Positions 10,010-19,641 of a stretch of DNA of 53,861 bases are shown piece after piece (position 1 is the stretch's first letter; every line of letters begins with the position of its first letter). The DNA is taken from NCBI GenBank assembly GCA_964368015.1, contig CAYIZM010000001.1:1-53861 (forward strand), in the 5' to 3' direction. Under the pieces are notes generated by a model. That model did not search any database. It was not told where the DNA came from and saw only the letters and a program-made list of their open reading frames with translations. The stretch comes from an uncultured Methanomassiliicoccales archaeon. Its GTDB lineage: Archaea; Thermoplasmatota; Thermoplasmata; Methanomassiliicoccales; Methanomethylophilaceae. The translations under genes and the position numbers were made by a program.

Positions 10010-13000
10010 TTACTTTCTTCGTGTGAACACCCCCCTCTTGGAACCGAGCCAGAATACTAGCACGATCATAACCACGCTCATCAAGAGAAGAACCCAGAAC
10101 GCTGTCTGTGGTGCACTGCCCTCATTATAGACGTTATTACCATCGATAGAAAGCGACGAATCTAACTCCATTACTTTTGGAACCAATGTTTGAACTGCGT
10201 TACCAGATGGATCAGGAGTCATTCCCAGCGCTGTTGTCGTTATATTTGCACTTACCGTGATGTCAGGAATAGCCTCGTTGTCAATTTTCATCAACTTTAT
10301 GTATAGAGTAGTATCCGCTTTACCTGCAAGTGGGAAAGGATCTTTTGGATCCATTGGATCCATTGGATCCATTGTACGTCCGTTCACATCAGATATTATG
10401 AATGAACCAGGAACTGCTCCAGTCACCGTAAGTACAGCGTTCATCAGATAATTTGCATCGTTCCTTATGGTCACAGCGTAAAGATATTCGTAATCATTAA
10501 CTGCATCTGGACTAGCTCCAGTTTCTCCAGCTATCATCATCTTTACAGTGTTTATCAAATTTTCCGGAATTACGTAACCATTAGTTATCTCACCGGTAGC
10601 CTTTGTAACACCTGTGAGGTCGACAAGCGAGACTTTCATCTCTCTGTTTCCATCCCCGATCACAGTGTGATCGAAAATTCCCTTAACCTCGATATCTTCA
10701 GATGTCGAACCTACAACAGTAACCGTGTAAGCTTTATACAACTGCCATGGACCTACAGCCTTGACTGCATATGTCTTCGTAGCATTAGCATCGTCTGCTG
10801 GCTTAGCCGTAAGTTTGAATTTGAATGTGCCTATTCCAGTAGAAGATACGTTATTTACATTTACAGTAAGCTTATCTGTGACCGCTATCAAACCACCGTC
10901 TCCAGTGACCTGCATATCTTTGGTTATCTCTGTGCCTGCCGAAGCGACTAAGAGTTCTACATCCGTAGTTCCAGTGTAATTGCATTCACCAACGGCTCCA
11001 GAAGGTTTTGAATTAACGTCCACAACGATAACCGCTGTATCGTCCACTGCTGGAACATCTACTTCGTACATTCCATCTTTCACTCCAGTGAACAGTTTGA
11101 GTGTGCCAATAGTTACACTTACAGTTCCATCGCCATCAACTCCAACGTATCCTTTCAAAGTTACCTTGTCCTTAAGATCGAAGGGTGCAGGATCAGAATC
11201 ATCACCAATATAATTGGTATAGGATATCTGATCTCCTTTAACTGCCTTGAACTGATAACTATTGGATGATTCCAACAGATAGTTGTCGCTAGAAGGTAGG
11301 TTTATCTTGTAATAAACTGCGTCCTCGTTAAAAGGATCAGCCTCCACTGTGACCGTGGCACCATTGGGAGTCTCAACGTTCACTAAGGATAGCGCTTCAA
11401 CCTTGGTATCAGGCTGTATAAACATATTTGTTTGACCTGCGTAAATGTTGACCTTACTGTATGTGTAAACCCCTGGATCGTTCTCTTCCACACAGAAGTA
11501 TGTGCCTGGAGTAACTTCCTTAGGGACTGATAACTCGATAGGGGTCGACGTCAAGCTCTTTAATAGCCATGTGTTCGACGTACCAGTACCGGTTATCATA
11601 GGCTTGGCCACAAAAGTGGTTAAGGGCGACATAGAAACATCGGTCTCTCCTGATGTAACTTCCTTATTCACGACGGCGCTCCATGTTACCTCGCCTGCAC
11701 TTTCGGCGGCGATGCTGACTGTGGCCGCTTTGTTGTCAGGTATCGTTATTATAGCTTTACCTTTGGAATCCGTCATTCCGAATATGGTCTTCGTCACTCC
11801 GGTTTCCACTTCCACATCGACCTGGACCTGCCTGAAAGCAAGACCTTTCGATCCGTCCACGCCTGAACTGAATGACAGAGTGACAGTAAGTTTACGACCA
11901 TCGTCAGTTGTAAGATCCGTAGTTCCAGAATCTGCTACTACAACTTCCGTTATAGAGCACGAACCATCGTTCCCTACTGCATATGCTACGTATTCGCCTT
12001 CTGGCAACATGGCACTGATGATTCCGTTCTCGCCTGCCGAGTAGGTCATCGTCAATCCTTCTGTTGATACATCATTACCAAAGAAAGTAACAGTTCCAGC
12101 TATTGGCTTATCAGAAGCGGACTTCAATGTAGCAGTGAAATCTACTATGGGAATTTCAATACCCGATAACATATCATTACTGAAGGTCTGTACATTGCCG
12201 TCATACAACAAAGTGAATGTAGAATCCCCTATGTTAGGCAGATTTACATTTCCAGCGGTTCCCGAGGACGAATAACCAGGTGCCATAACTATAACGTCAC
12301 CCGTCAATCCTGTGATTTCAGCAGTATTGTAGATCGTTAAATCCGTCTTTGTTACAGCCGTTCCGCTGACTTTGACGCTATTGGATGTGCTTATCTTGTC
12401 CTTGACGTAAACGATGTATTCCCCTGAATTAGCGATATCTTTGACCGTTGACATTACATTGAACTTCGCCACTCCGTCCGTGGTGTTCATAACGTATATT
12501 GCTCCATTGAGCTTGCTCTCAACAAATACAGTAACTGACGGAGAAACAGGTGCACCGTACATGTCTTTGACAGTTACGATCAATTCACCAGATAATTCGA
12601 AATCCGCTCCGTAGTTATCTCCGGGATAGATTGTGAACTTCTTAGTGTCGATTGTTTTTGCACCTAGCTTTGCGGTGATAGTATATTGATCGGACGGTAA
12701 ATTAAGGAACGTGTAAGATCCGGCAATTAACGAAACGTCTACGTTTATACCTGAGAACGTACCGACTGCAGTCAGCGTGACTCCATTGGTATATCCTTCA
12801 ACGATTCCATGAATCGTAGAGGGAGTTAAAATATAATTTCCGTTTGAATCTGTGATAGTACCTACATATGTTCCACCGACGGTTTTGTTCGTCGACGTGT
12901 ATACCCTTATTTGATAATCAGTACTAACAGCTGGAACCTTTACAGAATAATTACCATCTTCATCTGTGAAGGATGTAGAGCGCTGAACGAACATTCCATT

Positions 13001-15601
13001 GCCGTCCTTTTCGAAGACTGCGACCTTGGCTCCTTCGAGAGATTCGGTACCGTAAGTGATTTTACCACTCTTGGACGCAATTGAATCCGAATCTACTACT
13101 TTCATCATTACGATGCTTGAGAAATAGTTGATTAGGCCTCCATCTGTCTTCTGTTTAGCGATCGCTTCATAAGCGTCCATCAACGCCCATCCGTCATCAG
13201 ATAGAGTTGCATCGTCATTGGGGTTGTATTTTACATACCAGCAATCAACGTCAAACCCTGTTAGTCCGAGTCCTGGCTGTGCTTTCAAGGTACCATCACT
13301 GAACACAAGGTCCATGGCCATATTGGAAGAAACAGCGGCGGCTTCATTGATTCCGAACAAACTCTTCCATAGGAATGACTCGAACATAGAATCCGTGTAA
13401 TTTACGCCGTTGTATCCGTATGTGAAATACTTTTTTGCGGCGCCGTTGGAATCTAACTTGTAATCATTAAGATATGCGATCGTAGAGAAGTTTGATCCGT
13501 CCCTTTGGATAAGTGGGATCATTCCCGCATTGAGGGCGATATATGCTATTGCGCCATCGCTTTCTTTACGTATACCGTCATAGAAATCGTAAACTTCGGT
13601 TTCTGTTAGTTCATTGGTGATGTATTCGACGGCGACCAGATAGATCGCATTCTCATCGTTGATGTCCGCAGAAACTCCAGGGTAGACATCTGGATTGTTA
13701 AGGACTTTAAATTTGGCTCCAGCAGGATCATTTATGATATTCTGAACGCCCGTTAGGACCGCCATGTCGATGTTTATATTATTTTGATACTTTTCGATGC
13801 CTTCACCCATTATCATGCGTAAAGCCATTGCAGCAAGGGCTCCAGATGAACCTTTTGCTAAAATTATATTGGATGCTGCTGACGCACCTTGACCAGAATT
13901 GCTTGTGACCGAAGTGAAATTGCCTCTATCCACGGCTGTTGATGAATCTTGGAACCATGTGACTAAAGCTCCTTCCTTGTCTTTACCTGAGTATTCGTCC
14001 CAGATCATGTTCATAGGATTATAATCGTCAGTGTCAACTGTGTAACCGATACCGCCGAGATAACCAGCGCTTACTTCGTTGTCACTATTGCTAGAGGTAG
14101 ACGCATCCGCCAATAGCATCGCGTTAGGCGCTATGACCAAAAAGAGTACTGCGATCAGCGAGATGAAAGGCTCAGGCTTAAGGAACTTCTTTAGACTGGC
14201 TTTGAAACCTCCTCCCTTGATAGACTGGAAGTACGAGGTCATTTCGATATAACGATAAAGTGTAACAAGCACAGCAGCTGCTGCTATGGCGTACATCACC
14301 CCTGCCATTACAGCGTTATCATAACTTAACCAGCTCAATATGAACAGTCCGCTTATCCAAAGGGCGGTCATTAGTTTACTATCTGAATGATTCTTCTTAC
14401 CGAATCTGTACAGCATGTAAGTTATGATCACGAAGGGCATCCACACCGTGGCCCATCCGTAGAACGTGGCCATGTATGAGACCGATATGCTTTGGGATGC
14501 CAATAATGATGCGATCAAGGACGTCTCGTATATCGGATTACCGAGCAGGAGGTCGTTGAACAATGTAGGCGATACGAAATACAATGCAACGAATACCAGG
14601 ATAATTGCGATTATAGTGATAAGGAATGATTGTATCTTTGGCTTTTTCCTGAGGGCGTAGAATATTAGAACACCGACAATAGATATTGCGGATAGTAGAA
14701 GTGGGCCAGTGAACACTAATGTGAACAGTCCGGCTGCAACGTAGTAAGGAAGGGATATCAATATCGCAAGAAGGATCATTGTCGTATAAGCGCCTAATAA
14801 AGCACCGAAGTCCCTATTTTTCATACGTAATAGAATCGCATGAGCGGCCATCATGAACGCTAAAAGTATGATGATGGTGCTAAAACCGTTCCAAGAAAGT
14901 GCTATGGCAGCGAACATTATTCCAGCTGGAATGGTGTACTTCATAACATTTTTTGTAAAGGCTGTCTTTATTCCGCGTTCTGATCTTTCGATCTTTTTTA
15001 TCGCTTTGACGACAAATAGCATCGCTACCACGAAAAATAACAGAACTACGCTAATGCCCGATCCATTAGAGAACACGGACATAACGATGGATAATGGAAG
15101 CGTAGCGAAAAGCAAAGCAGAAATGATACCTATGGTCCTGTCGAACATTTCCTTTCCAAGAATGTAAACAAGGACTACGGTGATCGCTGCGGCTATAGGC
15201 CCGGAGAAGGCCAGAACGCCAGCTGAAGCAGTGGAGACGGAGACTCCAAAAAGCGTGATTATCCACGCGAAACCTGCGAGAATGATATCGACCAACGGAG
15301 GCTGGATCAATGTACCGCCGTAAGGATAGTTAAGTGAAGGATCGGAAAGACCGAAAGTCCCCATAAGGATGCTTTCGATAGTGTGTTTATGTTCTGCAGC
15401 ACCTGCACCGGACAACGCGAAGTTATCGCCAGCAGACATGCCATATGAAAATACTGTCCTGACTAATATGGTGAGCACTACCAAAAGAAGAAGTGTCATT
15501 GAAAGCCAATGTTTTTTGATCCATGACCCCTCGCCATCTTTGACAGCGATAGGGACATTTCTTCCAACTGTAGAAGTATTTTGTTGTTTGAGTTTACGCA
15601 T
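10010..15601 (-). CDS. Giant membrane/surface protein: N-terminal polytopic STT3/AglB-like domain fused to many beta-sandwich (carboxypeptidase-regulatory-like) modules and a C-terminal TM anchor
   Basis: Continuous 1863-aa ORF. Residues about 30-500 contain at least 12 hydrophobic spans. The first loop reads GDNF..NYPYGG..PPL, and a VTWFQDS motif follows the last span where oligosaccharyltransferases (OSTs) carry WWDYG. Later repeats resemble FTDEDGNYSVKVP. The protein ends with a TM helix plus RRK. Confidence 0.6.
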   Translation of the reverse strand: MRKLKQQNTSTVGRNVPIAVKDGEGSWIKKHWLSMTLLLLVVLTILVRTVFSYGMSAGDNFALSGAGAAEHKHTIESILMGTFGLSDPSLNYPYGGTLIQPPLVDIILAGFAWIITLFGVSVSTASAGVLAFSGPIAAAITVVLVYILGKEMFDRTIGIISALLFATLPLSIVMSVFSNGSGISVVLLFFVVAMLFVVKAIKKIERSERGIKTAFTKNVMKYTIPAGIMFAAIALSWNGFSTIIILLAFMMAAHAILLRMKNRDFGALLGAYTTMILLAILISLPYYVAAGLFTLVFTGPLLLSAISIVGVLIFYALRKKPKIQSFLITIIAIILVFVALYFVSPTLFNDLLLGNPIYETSLIASLLASQSISVSYMATFYGWATVWMPFVIITYMLYRFGKKNHSDSKLMTALWISGLFILSWLSYDNAVMAGVMYAIAAAAVLVTLYRYIEMTSYFQSIKGGGFKASLKKFLKPEPFISLIAVLFLVIAPNAMLLADASTSSNSDNEVSAGYLGGIGYTVDTDDYNPMNMIWDEYSGKDKEGALVTWFQDSSTAVDRGNFTSVTSNSGQGASAASNIILAKGSSGALAAMALRMIMGEGIEKYQNNINIDMAVLTGVQNIINDPAGAKFKVLNNPDVYPGVSADINDENAIYLVAVEYITNELTETEVYDFYDGIRKESDGAIAYIALNAGMIPLIQRDGSNFSTIAYLNDYKLDSNGAAKKYFTYGYNGVNYTDSMFESFLWKSLFGINEAAAVSSNMAMDLVFSDGTLKAQPGLGLTGFDVDCWYVKYNPNDDATLSDDGWALMDAYEAIAKQKTDGGLINYFSSIVMMKVVDSDSIASKSGKITYGTESLEGAKVAVFEKDGNGMFVQRSTSFTDEDGNYSVKVPAVSTDYQIRVYTSTNKTVGGTYVGTITDSNGNYILTPSTIHGIVEGYTNGVTLTAVGTFSGINVDVSLIAGSYTFLNLPSDQYTITAKLGAKTIDTKKFTIYPGDNYGADFELSGELIVTVKDMYGAPVSPSVTVFVESKLNGAIYVMNTTDGVAKFNVMSTVKDIANSGEYIVYVKDKISTSNSVKVSGTAVTKTDLTIYNTAEITGLTGDVIVMAPGYSSSGTAGNVNLPNIGDSTFTLLYDGNVQTFSNDMLSGIEIPIVDFTATLKSASDKPIAGTVTFFGNDVSTEGLTMTYSAGENGIISAMLPEGEYVAYAVGNDGSCSITEVVVADSGTTDLTTDDGRKLTVTLSFSSGVDGSKGLAFRQVQVDVEVETGVTKTIFGMTDSKGKAIITIPDNKAATVSIAAESAGEVTWSAVVNKEVTSGETDVSMSPLTTFVAKPMITGTGTSNTWLLKSLTSTPIELSVPKEVTPGTYFCVEENDPGVYTYSKVNIYAGQTNMFIQPDTKVEALSLVNVETPNGATVTVEADPFNEDAVYYKINLPSSDNYLLESSNSYQFKAVKGDQISYTNYIGDDSDPAPFDLKDKVTLKGYVGVDGDGTVSVTIGTLKLFTGVKDGMYEVDVPAVDDTAVIVVDVNSKPSGAVGECNYTGTTDVELLVASAGTEITKDMQVTGDGGLIAVTDKLTVNVNNVSSTGIGTFKFKLTAKPADDANATKTYAVKAVGPWQLYKAYTVTVVGSTSEDIEVKGIFDHTVIGDGNREMKVSLVDLTGVTKATGEITNGYVIPENLINTVKMMIAGETGASPDAVNDYEYLYAVTIRNDANYLMNAVLTVTGAVPGSFIISDVNGRTMDPMDPMDPKDPFPLAGKADTTLYIKLMKIDNEAIPDITVSANITTTALGMTPDPSGNAVQTLVPKVMELDSSLSIDGNNVYNEGSAPQTAFWVLLLMSVVMIVLVFWLGSKRGVFTRRK
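10347..10373. repeat. Perfect 9-bp x3 tandem repeat (GGATCCATT) inside the giant ORF
   Basis: The three units occupy 10347-10355, 10356-10364 and 10365-10373. On the minus strand they encode MDPMDPMDP, followed by KDP. Each unit carries a GGATCC site. Confidence 0.95.
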
Positions 15602-15693
15602 TATAAAGGTCTCCGTCCTTGAAGTGGCGATTGATGTTTGATTGGCTATTTATATGTTTACGGGCGCGCGTTATATGATAAGAGGGAAAGAGG

Positions 15694-16338
15694 TCAGAAG
15701 CCTCGCCTTATTTGTTCCCTGAAATCTTCGGCAGAAGCTCGAGGATCTACCGAATCGTAAATGGCACGACCGACTATTACGTAATCCGCACCTGCCTTTA
15801 TTGCCGATGTGGCACTACCGCCTTGCGCGCCTACACCAGGAGACAAAATAGTCATATTTCCGGCCACGGAACGTATTGCCGCTATCCTCTCAGGTCTAGT
15901 TGCAGGTGCTATGAAACCTGAAACACCGCATCTTACTCCCATCTCCACCATTTCCTCTGCATGCTTGGCAGTGAACGTCTTTCCGCCCGGATGGCTCATT
16001 TCCGCCACTGCGAATATCTCTGCATCGCCAGCAGCTTCTACTGCGGCGATCAAAGAATCCTCGCCTGTGAACGCATGTACGATAACTGCAGATGCTCCGC
16101 GAGAAACGCAATTTTTTACGATCAAACTTACGGTGTTCGGGATATCTGCCACTTTGAAATCACAGATCACGTCCCCTCGCTTAGCCAGTTCATCGATCAT
16201 ATCTGGTCCCGATGACAATACCAGAGGCCAATTGATCTTTATTGCGTCTACTGACCCAGACACTGAATCTGCGATCTTAAGAGCTTTTTTACCGTCGGTC
16301 TCATCGAGTGCAAGTACCAGACGTGTGTCCTTCTTCAT
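15694..16338 (-). CDS. pyrF: Orotidine 5'-phosphate decarboxylase
   Basis: LALDETD and DFKVADIPNT motifs, with a C-terminal GRAIY. Confidence 0.9.
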   Translation of the reverse strand: MKKDTRLVLALDETDGKKALKIADSVSGSVDAIKINWPLVLSSGPDMIDELAKRGDVICDFKVADIPNTVSLIVKNCVSRGASAVIVHAFTGEDSLIAAVEAAGDAEIFAVAEMSHPGGKTFTAKHAEEMVEMGVRCGVSGFIAPATRPERIAAIRSVAGNMTILSPGVGAQGGSATSAIKAGADYVIVGRAIYDSVDPRASAEDFREQIRRGF

Positions 16339-16389
16339 CAGGTCGTTATTTCTACAAGAGTTAATAATACGTTGGAGAGATTGAACGTT

Positions 16390-17463
16390 ATGGCGATGAG
16401 GAGGCTGGAATGCGGATCTGTTGTGAACGGCAATATGGCAGAAGGATGTGATTATTGTTCCGAGGGTTCTAAAATGGTCCTATTCGTTACAGGGAAATGC
16501 AATACCGGATGTAAATATTGTCCTGTTTCCTTAGAACGTAAAGGTAGTGCTGGCACATATGCGAATGAGCTAAAGGTCCTATCGGACGAGGACGTGATCA
16601 AAGAAGCTGAAGCTATGGATTCCAGAGGCACTGGGATAACTGGTGGCGACCCTTTGTACGAAATGGATTTGACTTTGCATTACATACATCTCCTCAGAAG
16701 TCATTTCGGTACAGGTCATCACATTCACTTGTACACTTCAATGATAGATCACGAAAAAGCCTGTTTGCTTAAAGATGCGGGGTTAGACGAGATACGTTTT
16801 CATCCACGTGAAGAAGAATGGATGGATTTTGATACGACCGAATTGAAAAAAGTGGTTTCTATCGAAGGACTTGATGTTGGGATCGAGGTCCCTGCATTAC
16901 CAGGTCGAGAAAAAGATCTGGATTATATGATCACTAAAGCATTCTCTGCTGGAGCCTTGTTCATTAATTTGAACGAACTTGAGTTCTCAGAAAGTAACTG
17001 GGACATGATGAAAGATAACGGTTACCATCTAAAAGATGATATTTCTTCAGCTGTAAAAGGATCAGAAGAAACAGCACTGGCACTTATTAAAGCACATTCT
17101 AAAAAGAGGATACATTTCTGTTCTTCGTCATTTAAGGACGGTGTGCAGTTAAGACGTCGTCTGATACGAAGAGCAGAACATACAGCGAAAGAATATGAAC
17201 TTGTTACTGAGGACGGAACTATTCTCAAAGGCTTACTTTATGCTGATGATCTTAACGAGGCTGCAGAATTACTTAGAAACGAATACGATGTGCCAGACTC
17301 ACTTATCTTCATAGATGGGAACAGAGATCGCATGGAAACAGCATCATGGATACTCCAAGAGATAGCAGACGAACTACCGTACAAATGCTACCTCATAGAA
17401 GAATATCCTACTGCAGACAGGCTGGAGGTCGAGAGGATGCCTCTCGGCCGCCAGACCCGCTGA
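16390..17463 (+). CDS. Radical SAM protein (COG2108-like, related to pyruvate formate-lyase activase)
   Basis: CxxxCxxC cluster motif CNTGCKYCP preceded by an N-terminal Cys-rich segment. The ORF track starts at TTG 16372; I chose ATG 16390, which lies downstream of GGAGAGA. Confidence 0.7.
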   Translation: MAMRRLECGSVVNGNMAEGCDYCSEGSKMVLFVTGKCNTGCKYCPVSLERKGSAGTYANELKVLSDEDVIKEAEAMDSRGTGITGGDPLYEMDLTLHYIHLLRSHFGTGHHIHLYTSMIDHEKACLLKDAGLDEIRFHPREEEWMDFDTTELKKVVSIEGLDVGIEVPALPGREKDLDYMITKAFSAGALFINLNELEFSESNWDMMKDNGYHLKDDISSAVKGSEETALALIKAHSKKRIHFCSSSFKDGVQLRRRLIRRAEHTAKEYELVTEDGTILKGLLYADDLNEAAELLRNEYDVPDSLIFIDGNRDRMETASWILQEIADELPYKCYLIEEYPTADRLEVERMPLGRQTR

Positions 17464-17466
17464 ACC

Positions 17467-17895
17467 TCAGTCTACGCTGATGCTCTGTATCTCGTGATGC
17501 CTGTTCACGATGTCCCTGGCTATACGAAGGTTCTTACCTTCTTTACCAATGGCCCTGCCTTTCATCTCAGGGTCTACAGTAACGGTTGCGTGAGTAATGT
17601 CCCCACGTTTCTCGATCAGTACTTTCTGAGGTTTGTAGATATGAAAGACGTTCATCACGAACTGTTCTGGTTCTGTCGAGTGTTCCACCACTTGGATGTT
17701 CTTCCCGGTAAGTTCCTTCAGTCTGATCATATGATCACCTTTCTTACCTACGGCCAGGTTTCCCTGGCCCGCTTCTACTACGAATACAAGCTTGTCCGGA
17801 GTGTCCATACAATCTACTGCGTTTGTATGGGTGACCTCCTGGAACAAGGCTATGTACCTTAGAGTATCGGCGGTTATGACAATTTCATTAGGCAT
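17467..17895 (-). CDS. nusA: Archaeal NusA-like transcription termination/elongation factor (two KH domains)
   Basis: KH GxxG motifs (VGKKGDHM, IGKEGKNL). Length is 142 aa. It sits after rpl30e in the RNAP operon. Confidence 0.85.
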   Translation of the reverse strand: MPNEIVITADTLRYIALFQEVTHTNAVDCMDTPDKLVFVVEAGQGNLAVGKKGDHMIRLKELTGKNIQVVEHSTEPEQFVMNVFHIYKPQKVLIEKRGDITHATVTVDPEMKGRAIGKEGKNLRIARDIVNRHHEIQSISVD

Positions 17896-17900
17896 TTATC

Positions 17901-18188
17901 TCACAGCGTAAGTATGTTTGAAGTACCTTTATCAATTATAGCCAACGCAGAAACAGAGAAAGGTTTACCACACAGAGCACCGAGCTCCATGTTGTTACCA
18001 ACGTAGCGGTAAACTTTAACGCCCGCTTCTCCGTTCAACGTTGCACTGGGGCAGTTCCTAGCCAAGATGATCATCTGTGCTTTCCCTGCCTTGATGGCTT
18101 TTTCTGTCTGGTCTACGCCGAATTCGACCTTGCCTGTAGTGATGGCCGCTTTTAACGCTCTGCCTATGTCGATTTTATCATCGCTCAT
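17901..18188 (-). CDS. rpl30e: Ribosomal protein L30e
   Basis: 95 aa with GKVEFGVDQTEKAIKAGKAQMIILARNCP. ATGA overlap with the rpoA2 stop. Confidence 0.85.
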   Translation of the reverse strand: MSDDKIDIGRALKAAITTGKVEFGVDQTEKAIKAGKAQMIILARNCPSATLNGEAGVKVYRYVGNNMELGALCGKPFSVSALAIIDKGTSNILTL

Positions 18189-19639
18189 TCTTCATCCCCC
18201 TTAATTTTTTTCTTGGGTGTGTAAACCAGGTTTACAGCACCGGTCCCTAGTGTGACCGGCTGCCCTACTATGATATTCTCTGTTACTCCTTCCAGGTGGT
18301 CTACTTCGCCCACCATCGCAGCATGCATTAGATGCGCGGTGGTGATCTCAAAGGCCGCCCTTGCCAGGACAGATGACTTCTTTCCAGAAACTCCGTGACG
18401 TCCGATCGCCTTGACCATTCCGTCATTGGTCATAAGATCGGCAACAAGCATGATATGCCTGATGTCTACGTCCAAACCCGCTTCTCCGAGAGTTCCCTCG
18501 GCCTCGTGGATTATGGAGTTCCTTGCCGCCTCTATGCCTAGCACTTCAGCGACCTCTTGGATACTGTTGGTCATGATATTAGGTGAATCTACATCATCGA
18601 CCTTCAGCACTTCCTTCATATTGCTTCCTTCAGTAACGATCTCGTATCTGCCAGTAGTGTTATTCTTGCTGATAACTGCTTTCTCAACGCCGTCGATCCC
18701 TTTGATCTTGGCGTTCTTGATGGCATCGTACATCGTCTGTATTTTCTTAAAGGACTGTAGATCCGATGTTATTACCAAGCTGAAGTCTTCCTTCTCGATA
18801 AGTCCGCGAACGGCCCTTATCTTGCTTAGTTTTTCGTACATCTCATCTATCGTAACACCGCGTTTATCCATTTTATGGGCACTTGGAGTTATGACTATGC
18901 GCATGTTCGTTACGTCAGTAGATATCTCCGCGACATCCGTAAGGACGGTCATCTCGATATCTGATGCAACGTGTCTAGCAACGCTCTCGTCCTCGCCGGC
19001 CATACCGAGTAACGGGATGGTCATGGACGGAGTACTTGGTACACGTCTAGCATCCACGATCTCGATCAGCCTTGGAAGACCCTGAGTAACGTTAATGTTC
19101 GCAACACCTGCGTAGTGGAAAGTACGCATGTTCATCTGCGTACCTGGTTCACCTATCGAATGTGCTGCCATCACACCAGCGGACTCATTCTGGTCCATAA
19201 GGTGAGAATTGTACATCTCGACCGCTCTAGTAAGTAACTTATTACAGGTCTCGTCGTCAAAATCGTTGTCGACTATACGAGCAGCTATGTCGGATATTAC
19301 CTTCATAGGCAACTTGTGTCCCTTTGATTCAGCCATTTCTATAAGCCTGATCTGTTCAGGGGTCTGAATGCGTATGTGGGTTATCTCCTTGGCAATGAAC
19401 CTTGGAGCAGCCTCTTCGACCTTCTTTTTTACTTTAGCGGCGGATTTGCGGGAAGGACGTTTCGAAAGGTCCGAAACTATCGCTTCTGCCTCATCTGAGG
19501 ATATGCCAAGATCTTCTATGTCACTAGTCGATATGTCTTGCATATCTCCAAGGGTCTTGTATTTTGTCAGGAGAAGAGCTGCAGCTTCTTCGCTTACTCC
19601 ACGCCTGAGCAGTGCATTAATAGTATCTTTTCTAGCCAT
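18185..19639 (-). CDS. rpoA2: DNA-directed RNA polymerase subunit A'' with an N-terminal extension
   Basis: SIGEPGTQMNMRTFHYAGV motif and conserved C-terminal blocks. ATG at 19639 (the ORF track gives GTG 19645). About 85 extra N-terminal residues precede the usual start of homology. Confidence 0.9.
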   Translation of the reverse strand: MARKDTINALLRRGVSEEAAALLLTKYKTLGDMQDISTSDIEDLGISSDEAEAIVSDLSKRPSRKSAAKVKKKVEEAAPRFIAKEITHIRIQTPEQIRLIEMAESKGHKLPMKVISDIAARIVDNDFDDETCNKLLTRAVEMYNSHLMDQNESAGVMAAHSIGEPGTQMNMRTFHYAGVANINVTQGLPRLIEIVDARRVPSTPSMTIPLLGMAGEDESVARHVASDIEMTVLTDVAEISTDVTNMRIVITPSAHKMDKRGVTIDEMYEKLSKIRAVRGLIEKEDFSLVITSDLQSFKKIQTMYDAIKNAKIKGIDGVEKAVISKNNTTGRYEIVTEGSNMKEVLKVDDVDSPNIMTNSIQEVAEVLGIEAARNSIIHEAEGTLGEAGLDVDIRHIMLVADLMTNDGMVKAIGRHGVSGKKSSVLARAAFEITTAHLMHAAMVGEVDHLEGVTENIIVGQPVTLGTGAVNLVYTPKKKIKGDEE

Positions 19640-19641
19640 TA

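Noticed and set aside
11502-12044. 180-aa + strand ORF inside the giant surface-protein gene
   Set aside because: It is an antisense shadow ORF. Its Ser/Thr/Val-rich composition mirrors the repetitive beta-sandwich coding strand.
15809-16384. 191-aa + strand ORF covering pyrF
   Set aside because: It is antisense to pyrF, whose motifs are clear. The ORF is Ala/Ser/Thr/Pro-rich and has no start context.
18411-19085. 224-aa ORF on the + strand inside rpoA2
   Set aside because: It lies entirely antisense to a highly conserved RNAP gene. Its Ser/Thr/Leu-rich, low-complexity translation is typical of shadow ORFs, and it has no SD or recognisable motif.
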